58,277 nt of DNA from Flavobacteriales bacterium (GTDB taxonomy: Bacteria > Bacteroidota > Bacteroidia > Flavobacteriales_F > PHOS-HE28): NCBI GenBank assembly GCA_036405935.1, contig DASWWQ010000030.1, positions 1-58,277 of the forward strand, read 5' to 3'. The notes under the pieces are model-generated. The model was not told the origin of the DNA, did not search any database, and saw nothing but the letters and a program-made list of their open reading frames with translations. This document shows positions 1 through 9,587 of the stretch, piece by piece. How positions within the stretch are numbered: position 1 is the stretch's first letter; every line of letters starts with the position of its first letter. The position numbers and the translations under genes are program-made.

Positions 1-1317
1 CACCATGATCGTGGGCGTCGTCTCTCCAGTGCTCCAGTTGAACCGGTAGTCCCCGATGCCACCGCTCACCGTGGGCGACAAGATGTGCGTCTGACCGCAC
101 GATCCGTTGATGTCCGTGGTGACCACCTCCAAGGGGTCGGGCTGGGCGATGTAGAAGGTGTAGTCGCTCTGCAGCACCATACCGCTGCAGGTCATGCTCT
201 GCTGCACGGAGATGAGCATGGTCTCCAAGCCATCGGCATCAAGGGGCACCGTCAAGGGCCATTCCACGATGGTGTCACCGGGCTCGAACACGAGCTCGGA
301 CGGAAAGGCGGGGTAGTAATCCACTCCGGCCGTGGCGGTTCCGGACACCACCAGCTGGATCACGTCGGTGACACTGGTATCACCCGAGCGGATGAAGAAG
401 AAAGGGATGGGACCGCAGCCCTCGAACATGGTGCTATCGTTCACGTTCATGCCAGCACCCAACAAGGGCTGCACGGTCACGGAGCTCTGGAAACTGCCCG
501 CCTCGAGGAACACGCCGGAATCCAAGGCGGTATCACCGCCGTCGGCCACGGCGATCTTGATGTGGTAGGTCTGTCCGCAGATCACTTCGGCCGCAGCCAC
601 CAGCACTACGGTGAAACCGTCATACTGCACGGTGGTGCCTCCGGCATTGTCGAAGTAGTAGATGCTGTTGGCGGTCCAGTTGGGGTCGGCCGCATCGCAG
701 GTCTCCGCCATGCCGTTGGAACCGGCGGTACCATTGTTCACTGTGTTGATGGTGATGGGCACGTTGGTGCCGGGCACCAAGGCCAGGTTCACGGCATTGT
801 TGGTGAAAGGACCATTGATGCCGGGTCCACTGAGGAAGAAGCCGAACACGTCGTTCACCCCGCTGCAGACCCATTCGTTGTATTCCTCGGAACCGAATAC
901 GAAACGGAAGGAGAGCGAATCGCCCGAGGGCACGAAATCGAACTCCAGCACGGAACGGTCGTTGGTGGAGAACCCTGCCAAGGCGGTGAGATCCACATCC
1001 TCCGCTCCGAAGTTGCCGCCGCCCTGGGTATCGCCCCCGGAATCATTGGGACCTTCGGCCAAGGTGACATCGCCGGTGCCCAGCAGGAGGCCGGCCTGCA
1101 AACCCAGGTTGGAATTCCCGCTGAACGCTCCGGCCTGCTCGCTGAGCACGCTCGCCGAGCCCTCGTTGAACGTGACATTGCTCACAGTGACCCCACCCCC
1201 CAGCAGCACATTCTGCACCAGTTCGGCCGGGGTCTGGGTAACATCCACCTGCAGCTGGGCATTGGCGACAAGGGGCAGCAAGGATGGCAGAAGCATCCGG
1301 AACAGACGGGAGCGCAT
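1..1317 (-). CDS. choice-of-anchor L domain secreted/surface protein, N-terminal 439 codons (3' end runs off the window)
   Basis: Absent from the ORF track because there is no stop inside the window. Reverse-strand translation starts at ATG (plus-strand cat at 1315-1317) and gives the signal peptide MRSRLFRMLLPSLLPLVANAQ. It continues with SLSFRFVFGSEEYNEWVCSGVNDVFGFFLSGPGINGPF, VNLALVPGTNVPITINTVNNG, YDGFTVVL and YHIKIAVADGGDTALDSGVFLEAGSFQS. That pattern is what I recognise as the choice-of-anchor L domain of Bacteroidota surface proteins. The frame stays open to position 1. Confidence 0.8.
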   Translation of the reverse strand, partial: MRSRLFRMLLPSLLPLVANAQLQVDVTQTPAELVQNVLLGGGVTVSNVTFNEGSASVLSEQAGAFSGNSNLGLQAGLLLGTGDVTLAEGPNDSGGDTQGGGNFGAEDVDLTALAGFSTNDRSVLEFDFVPSGDSLSFRFVFGSEEYNEWVCSGVNDVFGFFLSGPGINGPFTNNAVNLALVPGTNVPITINTVNNGTAGSNGMAETCDAADPNWTANSIYYFDNAGGTTVQYDGFTVVLVAAAEVICGQTYHIKIAVADGGDTALDSGVFLEAGSFQSSVTVQPLLGAGMNVNDSTMFEGCGPIPFFFIRSGDTSVTDVIQLVVSGTATAGVDYYPAFPSELVFEPGDTIVEWPLTVPLDADGLETMLISVQQSMTCSGMVLQSDYTFYIAQPDPLEVVTTDINGSCGQTHILSPTVSGGIGDYRFNWSTGETTPTIMV

Positions 1318-1422
1318 AGGGATAAGTACGAGGGTTCGGTGGGTGGTGCCTAACGGCGGCGCAAGGTAGACCGCACCAAGGCCGCGGGGGTTGCCTCGCC
1401 CCCTGAAGAGGGGACCCCCGGC

Positions 1423-1430
1423 TATCTTTG
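1423..1430 (+). promoter_or_regulatory. candidate Bacteroidota sigma-A -7 box (TATCTTTG)
   Basis: Exact match to TAnnTTTG, 25 nt upstream of the ATG at 1456. No convincing -33 TTTG at the expected spacing. Confidence 0.35.
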
Positions 1431-1455
1431 GCCGCGAACCTCGGAAACCAGCCCC

Positions 1456-2835
1456 ATGTCCAAGATCGACCCGTACATCGAAAGCAACAAGGACCGCTTC
1501 CTCAACGAACTGTTGGACCTCCTGCGGATCCCCAGCGTGAGTGCCGACCCGAAGTACAAGGCCGATGTGGCCCGGTGCGCCGAGGCGGTGAAGGCGCGCC
1601 TTGTGGAGGCCGGGATGGACAAGGTGGAGGTCTGCCCCACCAAGGGCCACCCCATCGTGTACGGCGAGAAGATCGTGGACCCGGCCAAGCCCACCGTGCT
1701 GGTCTACGGCCACTACGATGTGCAGCCCCCCGACCCCTTGGACCTCTGGCACAGCGGCCCCTTCGACCCGGTGATCAAGGACGGCATGATCTATGCCCGC
1801 GGCAGCGCCGATGACAAGGGCCAGTTCTACATGCACGTGAAGGCCATCGAGGCCATGCTGAAGACCGACAGCCTGCCCTGCAACGTGAAGGTGATGATCG
1901 AGGGCGAGGAGGAAGTGGGCAGCGACAACCTCGGGGTGTTCGTGAAGGCCAACAAGGAACGCCTCAAGGCCGACGTGGTGCTGATCAGCGACACGGCCAT
2001 GATCGCCAACGATGTGCCCAGCATCAACACCGGATTGCGCGGCCTGAGCTATGTGGAAGTGGAGGTGACCGGCCCGAACCGCGACCTGCACAGCGGCGTA
2101 TACGGCGGCGCGGTGGCCAACCCCATCAATGCCCTGTGCGAGATGATCGCCAGCCTGCACGACCAGGACCGGCGCATCACCATCCCCGGCTTCTATGAAG
2201 CGGTGAAGGAACTGAGCAAGGTGGAGCGCGATGCCCTGGCCGAGGCCCCCTTCGACCTGGAAGCGTACAAGAAGGACCTCGCCGTGAACGACGTGCGCGG
2301 CGAGAAGGGCTACACCAGCGAGGAGCGCAGCAGCATCCGCCCCACGTTGGACGTGAACGGGATCTGGGGCGGCTACATCGGTGAAGGTGCCAAGACCGTG
2401 CTGCCCAGCAAGGCCTATGCGAAACTGAGCATGCGCCTGGTTCCCGACCAGAAGAGCGAGGCCATCACCAAGCTGTTCAAGGACCACTTCGAAAGGATCG
2501 CGCCCCCCGGCATCCAAGTGGTGGTGAAGCCCCACCATGGTGGCGAGGCGGCCGTGACGCCCATCGACAGCCCCGCCTACCAGGCCGCCAGCAAGGCCAT
2601 GGAGGAGACCTTCGGCAAGAAACCCATCCCCACCCGCGGCGGTGGTAGCATCCCCATCGTGGCGCTCTTCGAAGCCGAACTGGGGTTGAAGACGGTGCTC
2701 TTCGGATTCGGTCTGGACAGCGACAACATCCACAGCCCGAACGAGAAGTACGGCGTGTTCAACTACTTCCAGGGGATCAGGACCATCCCCCGCTTCTTCC
2801 AGCACTATGCTGCGCTGAGCAACGGACATGCCTGA
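1456..2835 (+). CDS. M20 family dipeptidase (CNDP/DUG1-like metallopeptidase)
   Basis: 459-aa ORF. Contains LVYGHYDVQPPDPLDLWHSGPFDPVIKDGMIYARGSADDKGQ and the downstream EGEEEVGS motif typical of M20/M25/M40 dipeptidases. Confidence 0.9.
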   Translation: MSKIDPYIESNKDRFLNELLDLLRIPSVSADPKYKADVARCAEAVKARLVEAGMDKVEVCPTKGHPIVYGEKIVDPAKPTVLVYGHYDVQPPDPLDLWHSGPFDPVIKDGMIYARGSADDKGQFYMHVKAIEAMLKTDSLPCNVKVMIEGEEEVGSDNLGVFVKANKERLKADVVLISDTAMIANDVPSINTGLRGLSYVEVEVTGPNRDLHSGVYGGAVANPINALCEMIASLHDQDRRITIPGFYEAVKELSKVERDALAEAPFDLEAYKKDLAVNDVRGEKGYTSEERSSIRPTLDVNGIWGGYIGEGAKTVLPSKAYAKLSMRLVPDQKSEAITKLFKDHFERIAPPGIQVVVKPHHGGEAAVTPIDSPAYQAASKAMEETFGKKPIPTRGGGSIPIVALFEAELGLKTVLFGFGLDSDNIHSPNEKYGVFNYFQGIRTIPRFFQHYAALSNGHA

Positions 2836-3295
2836 GCACCCCCCTTCGCGCCTCGTCCTGATACTGCTCGTGGTGCTGCTTGCCACCGGCTGCACGTACC
2901 AGGAAGTGGTGTTCAAGGGCGTGAACGGGGCTTCGGTGAGCCGCCTGGACCAACGGGGCGTGGCCCTCAATCTGGACGTTACGCTGGAGAACCCCAACGG
3001 CTTCCGCATCAAGGTGCAGGACCCCGATGTGGACGTCTACCTCAACGAGCTCTACATCGGCAAGGCCCGCCTGGATGAACGCATCGTGCTTCCGCCCCGC
3101 AGCACGGGGATCTATCACATACCCCTGCACGCGAGCTTCGATGGGGATGGCAGCAACGCCATGGGCGCCCTTCTCGTCGCCACGCTCAGCGGCCGGGGCG
3201 ATCTGCGCGTGAAAGGCACGGTACGCGCCGGCACTTGGTTGTTCCGCCGGAAGTTCCCCTTCGAGGAGCGGCACACCATCGACCTTCGCCGATGA
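2828..3295 (+). CDS. LEA type 2 (NDR1/HIN1-like) family lipoprotein
   Basis: 155 aa. Lipoprotein signal LLVVLLATGC. The pattern LNLDVTLENPNGFRIKVQDPDVDVYLNELYIGKARL resembles LEA_2 domains. Overlaps the upstream stop by 8 nt. Confidence 0.6.
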   Translation: MPEHPPSRLVLILLVVLLATGCTYQEVVFKGVNGASVSRLDQRGVALNLDVTLENPNGFRIKVQDPDVDVYLNELYIGKARLDERIVLPPRSTGIYHIPLHASFDGDGSNAMGALLVATLSGRGDLRVKGTVRAGTWLFRRKFPFEERHTIDLRR

Positions 3296-3862
3296 TCAGG
3301 GCTGCACGTAGTGGCGCTCGGTGATCGTCCAGTAGCCCAGACAGCCCTTCGCTACGCACAGGGTATAGGCGGTCGCTCCTTTCTCCTCCCCTCCCATGGG
3401 GATCCATCCCTCGCTGCGGGGAACGGTGATCACCTGCTCCCCTCCGTTGTCATCGGGGATCCGGACCACCGCATCCGAGGCGATGTGGTGTTCCGTACAG
3501 CGCTCGGGACCGTGCGCGATGAAGTTGGTCCACAACAGGAGGCTCATGAGGATGGGGCCCACGGCAAGCAGGTTGAAGAAGACCCATTCCAACCGCTCCA
3601 TACCGATGCGAAGACCGCTGATGGCATAGGGCAACACGGCACCGACGCAACTGAACAGGGCCAAGCCACGCAGCAGGACATCGATGCCCACCATGGTCCG
3701 GTGCCCCACATAGAGCATGCTGAACAACCCGATGAAGATGCCCAACGCCATCCAGGTGCCCGGCCACTTCTGTTCCTTCACCGTGCGCTCCACGGTGCGT
3801 TGTTGACGAGCATTCCGTGGGGCATCCTGCGCGCGGCGGGCGAGCTTGTTCCTTTGGTCCAT
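3296..3862 (-). CDS. hypothetical integral membrane protein
   Basis: The ORF 3296-3877 begins with TTG; the first ATG is at 3862 ([10 protein letters not shown]). Basic N-terminus followed by hydrophobic helices [35 protein letters not shown] and [18 protein letters not shown]. No family recognised. Confidence 0.5.
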   Translation of the reverse strand: MDQRNKLARRAQDAPRNARQQRTVERTVKEQKWPGTWMALGIFIGLFSMLYVGHRTMVGIDVLLRGLALFSCVGAVLPYAISGLRIGMERLEWVFFNLLAVGPILMSLLLWTNFIAHGPERCTEHHIASDAVVRIPDDNGGEQVITVPRSEGWIPMGGEEKGATAYTLCVAKGCLGYWTITERHYVQP

Positions 3863-3882
3863 TCGTTGCACGGCCAAAGTAC

Positions 3883-5898
3883 ATGTCCCGACCCACCAAC
3901 CGCCTCGCGCAGGAAAGCAGTCCCTACCTGCTGCAGCACGCGCATAACCCGGTGGACTGGTATCCCTGGGGTGAAGAGGCCTTCGCGAAGGCCCGCTCCG
4001 ACAACAAGCTGGTACTGATCAGCATCGGTTACAGCAGTTGCCATTGGTGCCATGTGATGGAGCGGGAGTGCTTCGAGAACGAAGCGCTGGCCCAGGAGAT
4101 GAACGCGCGCTACGTCTGCATCAAGGTGGATCGCGAGGAACGGCCGGATGTGGACCACATCTACATGAACGCCGTCCAGCTGATGACCCGGCGGGGCGGT
4201 TGGCCCTTGAACTGCTTCACCCTGCCCGATGGCCGGCCGATCTACGGGGGTACCTACTTCCCGCCCGATCAATGGAGACAGGTACTGCAGGACCTCGACG
4301 CCACTTGGAAGGGCGATCCGGGCAAGGTGGCCGGATATGCAGCGCGGCTGCATGAAGGCGTACAGGCCAGCGACCTGGTGCATCCTCCGGACGAACCCGT
4401 CGACTTCGATCGCAACCTGGCCCGCCACATCTCGGAGGCCTTGGAGCACGACTTCGACCGGGTGTTCGGCGGCGCCGACCGCACACCGAAGTTCCCGCTG
4501 CCCAACACGTATGAGTACCTGCTGCATCATGCCGTGCATACCAAGGACGCTACGGTGGAACAGCACGTGCGCCTCACGCTGGACAAGATGGAGCAGGGCG
4601 GCCTCCACGATCAGGTGGGCGGAGGCTTCGCACGTTACAGCGTGGACGCCCGTTGGAAGGTGCCGCACTTCGAGAAGATGCTGTACGACAATGCGCAACT
4701 GGTCCAACTCTACGCCAAAGGATACCAGGTATTCAGCGACGAAGCCTACCGCCGCGTGGTGGAACGCACCATCGGTTTCCTGCAGCGCGAGCTGATGGGT
4801 TCCGACGGGCTTTTCCAAAGTGCGTTGGATGCCGACAGCGAAGGCGTGGAAGGCCTCTTCTACGTCTGGACCCGGGCGGAAGTGGACCATCTGCTCGACG
4901 AGGAGGCAGCCTTGGCACGCTCCTACTTCTGCATGGATGACCGGGGGCTGTGGGAGCACGACCGGTACATCCTGCTGCGCGATGGGGGTGATGGAGCTTT
5001 CGCATCCCGCATGGGCATCAGCGTGGAGGAACTCCGCCAACTCATCGATGGCATCACGGACAAGCTGCTCCACGCGCGCGCCGATCGGGTCCGCCCGGGC
5101 CTGGACCACAAGGCGCTCACCTCCTGGAACGCGATGATGATCACCGCGCTCTGCCACGCGGCGGATGCATTGGAGGTGCCCCACCACCTGCAACTCGCGC
5201 AGCGCACGATGGGTGCATTGCTGCAACACTGCCGGAGACCCGACGGCGGGTTGTGGCGCACCTGCGTCAACGGCAGGGCCGGCATCAACGGCTTCCTGGA
5301 GGACCATGCCTTCACCATCGAGGCGTTGCTAACGCTGTACCAAGCGGACTTCGATCCGCGTTGGATCGAGGAGGCCAGGATCTTGGCCGAATACACGGTG
5401 ACGCATTTCCATGATGAACGGACAGGACTGTTCTGGAGCACCAGCGACCTGGATCCGGCGTTGATCTCGCGCCCCATGGAAGTGCACGACAACGTGATCC
5501 CCGCATCCAACTCCACCTTGGCCAAAGCGCTCCACACCCTGGGCCATCTCATCGAAGAACAGCGATGGATCGATCTGGCCGAGGGCCAGCTCCGCGCCGT
5601 GCTTCCGCAAGTGATGGAGCATCCGGCCAGCCACACCAACTGGGGCCTGCTGTTGTTGGACCTCGTCTTCCCGTATCCGGCCATCGCCATCGTCGGGGCC
5701 GAAGCGAACACCCTGCGCCGCACCTTCGGCAGGACCTTCATTCCCTCGCGGCTCTTCCTGGGCACGACGGGCACGAGCACATTGCCGCTGTTGGCCGAAC
5801 GCCCCGCCACCGATCGTACGATGATCCATGTCTGTGAACACCGCAGCTGCCGCATGCCCGTGGCCACGGTGGAGGAAGCCCTGCAGGAGCTGTCATGA
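3883..5898 (+). CDS. thioredoxin domain-containing protein (DUF255 / YyaL-SPATA20-like, with alpha-toroid C-terminal part)
   Basis: [63 protein letters not shown]...[12 protein letters not shown] is the classic DUF255 N-terminus. The start is placed at ATG 3883 ([10 protein letters not shown]) rather than the upstream GTG at 3817. Confidence 0.9.
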   Translation: MSRPTNRLAQESSPYLLQHAHNPVDWYPWGEEAFAKARSDNKLVLISIGYSSCHWCHVMERECFENEALAQEMNARYVCIKVDREERPDVDHIYMNAVQLMTRRGGWPLNCFTLPDGRPIYGGTYFPPDQWRQVLQDLDATWKGDPGKVAGYAARLHEGVQASDLVHPPDEPVDFDRNLARHISEALEHDFDRVFGGADRTPKFPLPNTYEYLLHHAVHTKDATVEQHVRLTLDKMEQGGLHDQVGGGFARYSVDARWKVPHFEKMLYDNAQLVQLYAKGYQVFSDEAYRRVVERTIGFLQRELMGSDGLFQSALDADSEGVEGLFYVWTRAEVDHLLDEEAALARSYFCMDDRGLWEHDRYILLRDGGDGAFASRMGISVEELRQLIDGITDKLLHARADRVRPGLDHKALTSWNAMMITALCHAADALEVPHHLQLAQRTMGALLQHCRRPDGGLWRTCVNGRAGINGFLEDHAFTIEALLTLYQADFDPRWIEEARILAEYTVTHFHDERTGLFWSTSDLDPALISRPMEVHDNVIPASNSTLAKALHTLGHLIEEQRWIDLAEGQLRAVLPQVMEHPASHTNWGLLLLDLVFPYPAIAIVGAEANTLRRTFGRTFIPSRLFLGTTGTSTLPLLAERPATDRTMIHVCEHRSCRMPVATVEEALQELS

Positions 5899-6788
5899 GG
5901 AGCACGCTGATGGCGCTAGGCTTGTCGCCGGTGATGCTCTGCGCCCAGATGGTGCAGGTCGAAGCCGGTCCGGGCGACCCCACGGTGCTGCACTTCTCCC
6001 CGGTGTTCATCGCACGCAACCACATCACCAGCGTCAGCGGGCTTGCGCACGTGAAGCGCGACAACGAGCCGATGCGACAGCGGAACGAGCGCGTGTTCTA
6101 CCGCTTCGGGAACAGTGGTGCCTTGAGCTACGGCAACAACAGCCACGGCCGCCCCGGCACCGGTCTGGACACGGCCTCCGTGGCCTACACCTACGACGGC
6201 CGCGGCTACTTGGTGGAGCAGTTGCGCAACGACCTCAACGGCCACTACGTCCTGCGCAACGAGCTCGATCAGCAGGGCCGACCCGTACGCGAGACCTACC
6301 TCCGCGTGGAGAACCTCGGCAGCGATCGGTACAACCTGGTCGCCGGGGAAGCCACGATCGTCAGCGATGAGCGCTTCACCTACACCGTGGTGAACGACAC
6401 GGCCTGGCGGAAGACCTACGTCAACGACCGGGGACTGCCCTACCGCGAACAGACCTGGAGCAGCGACAAGCTCGGCTACCTGCGCGCGATCCGCGACCAT
6501 TACCTGATCACCCAGCGCCGGGGCCTCATCACCTTCGACTACGACGAACGCGGACGGCTCAAGGAACGCGTCGAACGCTCGGACCTGTCGAACGACCGCT
6601 CCATCAAACACACGTGGACCTACGACAAGGCCGGGGATCCGCTCACCTGCGACACTTGGCACGATGGCAAGGCCGTCCGCCACACCGAGTTCCTGTACGA
6701 GGAAGGCACCTTGTTCCTGAAGGCCACCCTGACGAAGGAACTGGACACGGGCCTGATCCATGTGATGAAGTACACCACGCAGCGCTGA
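5895..6788 (+). CDS. secreted hypothetical protein with YD-repeat-like motifs
   Basis: 297 aa. Signal peptide [20 protein letters not shown]-like motifs [25 protein letters not shown] and [10 protein letters not shown]. Its ATG overlaps the upstream stop (ATGA at 5895-5898). Confidence 0.55.
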   Translation: MRSTLMALGLSPVMLCAQMVQVEAGPGDPTVLHFSPVFIARNHITSVSGLAHVKRDNEPMRQRNERVFYRFGNSGALSYGNNSHGRPGTGLDTASVAYTYDGRGYLVEQLRNDLNGHYVLRNELDQQGRPVRETYLRVENLGSDRYNLVAGEATIVSDERFTYTVVNDTAWRKTYVNDRGLPYREQTWSSDKLGYLRAIRDHYLITQRRGLITFDYDERGRLKERVERSDLSNDRSIKHTWTYDKAGDPLTCDTWHDGKAVRHTEFLYEEGTLFLKATLTKELDTGLIHVMKYTTQR

Positions 6789-6818
6789 GAACGGGCCGAG
6801 GTTGCTGAACTTCGTGGC

Positions 6819-7319
6819 ATGCGCGGCCTCTTCCTCCTGTTCTTCCTCTCCACCATCACCTTCGCCAGCGCCCAACGCGCGGTGGTCTCCTGGGCCTATG
6901 GCGCCTTCGGCACCCGTGGCGATGCGGCCTTCCTGGTGGAGGACGGACGCATCTTCCAAGCCTGTGGGCCCTATGGTTCACGCGGGCCCTGTCTATACGT
7001 CTTCGACAGGGAACAGGTGTTCCACAGCGCTGATGCCTTCGGACAACGCGGCATGGCGGCGTACACGTTGAACGGCAACAACTTCTCGCGCTGCCACGGT
7101 GCGTTCTGCACGAAGGGGAACTGCACGTTGCTGGTGGAGGCGAACCGGATCTTCCATGCCGATGGTGCGTTCTGCACCAAGCAGGAGGGCGCGTTCGTGC
7201 TCGACGGCGAGATCGTGCACCTGGCCGAAGGTGCGTTCGCGCAGAAGAGCGACGCGATCCTGCACCTCAACGGCGAAGTGCCGCTGATCGCGCTCCTCAC
7301 CATCCTTGCCGGTCTCTGA
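6819..7319 (+). CDS. secreted tandem-repeat protein (about six 22-aa GAF-x-x-K/R-G repeats), hypothetical
   Basis: 166 aa. Signal peptide MRGLFLLFFLSTITFASAQ. Repeats include GAFGTRGDAAFLVEDGRIFQA, HGAFCTKGNCTLLVEANRIFHA, DGAFCTKQEGAFVLDGEIVHLA and EGAFAQKSDAILHLNGEV. Hydrophobic C-terminal tail PLIALLTILAGL. The DNA-level 66-nt period has ggtgcgttc at 7098, 7164 and 7230. Confidence 0.6.
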   Translation: MRGLFLLFFLSTITFASAQRAVVSWAYGAFGTRGDAAFLVEDGRIFQACGPYGSRGPCLYVFDREQVFHSADAFGQRGMAAYTLNGNNFSRCHGAFCTKGNCTLLVEANRIFHADGAFCTKQEGAFVLDGEIVHLAEGAFAQKSDAILHLNGEVPLIALLTILAGL

Positions 7320-7323
7320 CGGT

Positions 7324-8019
7324 TCAGGTCTTCGGCAGGGTCACATTCGCGGCCTTGCCGTATTCCGGCACGAGGTACGCGATGTCGCTGGTCCTTCCCT
7401 GTGCATGGAAGAACTCCGCCAAGCGCGCAAGTCCTTCCAGTGAGGGAGCGATCGCCGGCACATGCACGATCGACCCCTCAACGGAGGACCAGAGCGACGC
7501 GGCCTTGTCGGCCCCATCACCGAAGACCACATGGCGCACTCCGTTCCCGCAAGAGGCACACCACGGCTCGTCCAGGATCACGGGGGCGGTGCCCGAAAGC
7601 GATCGTCCTTCGGCATCGAACTCGGCCGTGAAGACCTCCATCCTTCGGGCATCGATCATGGGCCGAAGACGGTCGGTCGGCTGCGACACGAAACCGGAGG
7701 CGAGCAACTGATGCACCATGACCTCCAAGGTGGGCAGGCCGATCAATGCCGCGCGGAGCGGGAAGCACAGGCCCTTCGCAGCGGAGACACCGATGCGTAA
7801 TCCGGTGTATGAACCGGGACCGGTTCCCACGGCCACGGCATCGAGATCGCGCAATGTCACGCCGGCTTCATCGACCACCTCCTGGATGAGCACGTTCAGG
7901 ACGGCCGCATGGGAGGTACGGTCGCCGGACCCGATGCGGCCCGCCAGCAGCGCACCGTCCCGGGAAAGCGCAATGGCCAGGTGCGGTGTTGCGGTATCGA
8001 AAGCGAGGATCAGGGCCAT
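7324..8019 (-). CDS. tsaB: tRNA N6-threonylcarbamoyladenosine biosynthesis protein TsaB
   Basis: MALILAFDTATPHLAIALSRDG...DLDAVAVGTGPGSYTGLRIGVSAAKGL is the TsaB/YeaZ signature. ATG at 8019. Confidence 0.9.
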   Translation of the reverse strand: MALILAFDTATPHLAIALSRDGALLAGRIGSGDRTSHAAVLNVLIQEVVDEAGVTLRDLDAVAVGTGPGSYTGLRIGVSAAKGLCFPLRAALIGLPTLEVMVHQLLASGFVSQPTDRLRPMIDARRMEVFTAEFDAEGRSLSGTAPVILDEPWCASCGNGVRHVVFGDGADKAASLWSSVEGSIVHVPAIAPSLEGLARLAEFFHAQGRTSDIAYLVPEYGKAANVTLPKT

Positions 8020-8062
8020 GACCGGGCGGAACGGAACGCAAAGGTGGCCAAGTCCACGGGCA

Positions 8063-9478
8063 TCACAACGTCACCGGCAGTCCTTGCAGGATGTCCAGGG
8101 ATTTGGCGGACATCAGGTAGGTGTACTTCGCGTTTATCAGGTCGGCGGTGGCCTTCTGCAGGCGGGCCTTCATGGTGCTGAGCTCCACGGCGGTGATGGC
8201 GTTCTGCAGGAACCGTTCGTCGGCGTAGCGCATGGACTCCTCCGAGGCGGCCACCGAACGGCGTGCGCTCTCGTATTGGCGGTAGGCGCCTCGCTGCGCG
8301 GTGATGGCGTTCTGCACGTCCACCTGCAGCGCGTTGCGTTGGGTCTCCATCGTGTTCTTCGCCTTTTCCAGTTGGATCCGGGCCTGGTCCACACCGTAGC
8401 GGGTACGCATGTTGTTGAAGATCGGCACGCTCAGGGTGAAGCCCACGGATTCATTGAGGTTGTCGTCCAACTGCGCACCGAAGGCCCGCACCCGGGAATC
8501 CTGCGAGAACGAGGGGGCATAGACCGGAACACCTTCTTCGGTGGCACCGATAAGGATATTGCCATCGGGGACCGGCTCCCCGATGTACTCGAGGTTGCGG
8601 CCGGAGTAACCCGTACCAAGCGAAGCGTTGAACGAGATCGAGGGCAGCACCTGGGTCTTCGCGATGGAAACACCGCGCTCCGCGCTCGCCGACTGCAGTT
8701 CGGCCTGTTTGTAGGCGGGGTTGTTGGCCAATACGTTGCGCAGGACCTCTTCCTCGGAAACGGTGGGTTCGGCGATGGCCAGTTCCCCGATGGCCGGTTT
8801 CACGATATCGAAGCCCTTCATCTCCTCCGGCGTCAGCTGCATCAGCTGGGCCAGGCCGAGCATGGCCAGTGCCGATTGGTTGCGGAGGTCGGTAGCGGTG
8901 TATTCCTCCTGCGCCAACTGCGCCTCATTGTCCAACAGCTCGGAGCGGGCCACACGGCCGGCATCGAGCAGGGCCTGGGTGCGGGCCACCTGATCGCGCG
9001 TCACGGACATCTGCTGTTCGGCGGCACTGAGCCTTTCGCGCAGGCCGAGCACGTTCAGGTAGGCGCGCACCACCTCGGTGCGGATATCGTTGCGGGCCGC
9101 CTCCAGACCTTTGATCGCCGCTTCCTCGTTCAGTTCGGCCTGTTTCAGCTCGTGATGACGCCGTCCGCTCTCGAAGAGGGTGTAGTTGCTGCTGAGGTAG
9201 AGGTTGTTCGTCCGCACGCGGTCCGTGGCGAAGGTGTTGGTGAACCGGTCGATGGCCTTCCCCCAGTTGTAGCCATGGGTGGCGGCGGCGTTCAGGTCGG
9301 GCAGGAAGGACCAGTAGGCCTGGTCGTGGGCCCGATCGGCCAACTGGGCGTCGAGGGCGGCATTGCGCACGGCCAGGTTCTTCTCCTCTGCCCGGCGGAG
9401 GCATTGGTCCAAGGTCCACGATTGGGCCTGAAGACCTATGGCGAAGGACGGAACGAACAGGAGCGATAGATGGCGCAT
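8063..9478 (-). CDS. TolC family outer-membrane efflux protein
   Basis: Signal peptide MRHLSLLFVPSFAIGLQAQ, then SWTLDQCLRRAEEKNLAVRNAALD. Two repeated alpha/beta halves typical of TolC/OprM-type factors. Start is taken at ATG 9478; the ORF extends to 9505. Confidence 0.85.
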   Translation of the reverse strand: MRHLSLLFVPSFAIGLQAQSWTLDQCLRRAEEKNLAVRNAALDAQLADRAHDQAYWSFLPDLNAAATHGYNWGKAIDRFTNTFATDRVRTNNLYLSSNYTLFESGRRHHELKQAELNEEAAIKGLEAARNDIRTEVVRAYLNVLGLRERLSAAEQQMSVTRDQVARTQALLDAGRVARSELLDNEAQLAQEEYTATDLRNQSALAMLGLAQLMQLTPEEMKGFDIVKPAIGELAIAEPTVSEEEVLRNVLANNPAYKQAELQSASAERGVSIAKTQVLPSISFNASLGTGYSGRNLEYIGEPVPDGNILIGATEEGVPVYAPSFSQDSRVRAFGAQLDDNLNESVGFTLSVPIFNNMRTRYGVDQARIQLEKAKNTMETQRNALQVDVQNAITAQRGAYRQYESARRSVAASEESMRYADERFLQNAITAVELSTMKARLQKATADLINAKYTYLMSAKSLDILQGLPVTL

Positions 9479-9587
9479 CGGAGGCGGATAAGGCGGCATG
9501 AACAAAAGTATCCGGCCCTTCCCGCGTGTCCCGTGCGTTGGGATGAACGGCGGTTCCCGTGGGCGAAAGGTGAAGGACGACCGGGCG

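Noticed and set aside
85-1353. 422-aa plus-strand ORF (and the overlapping 235-aa ORF 662-1369)
   Set aside because: Antisense shadow of the choice-of-anchor L gene on the minus strand. The composition is dominated by G/H/V/A/D/R with no recognisable motifs, while the minus-strand frame has a signal peptide and a clear domain signature.
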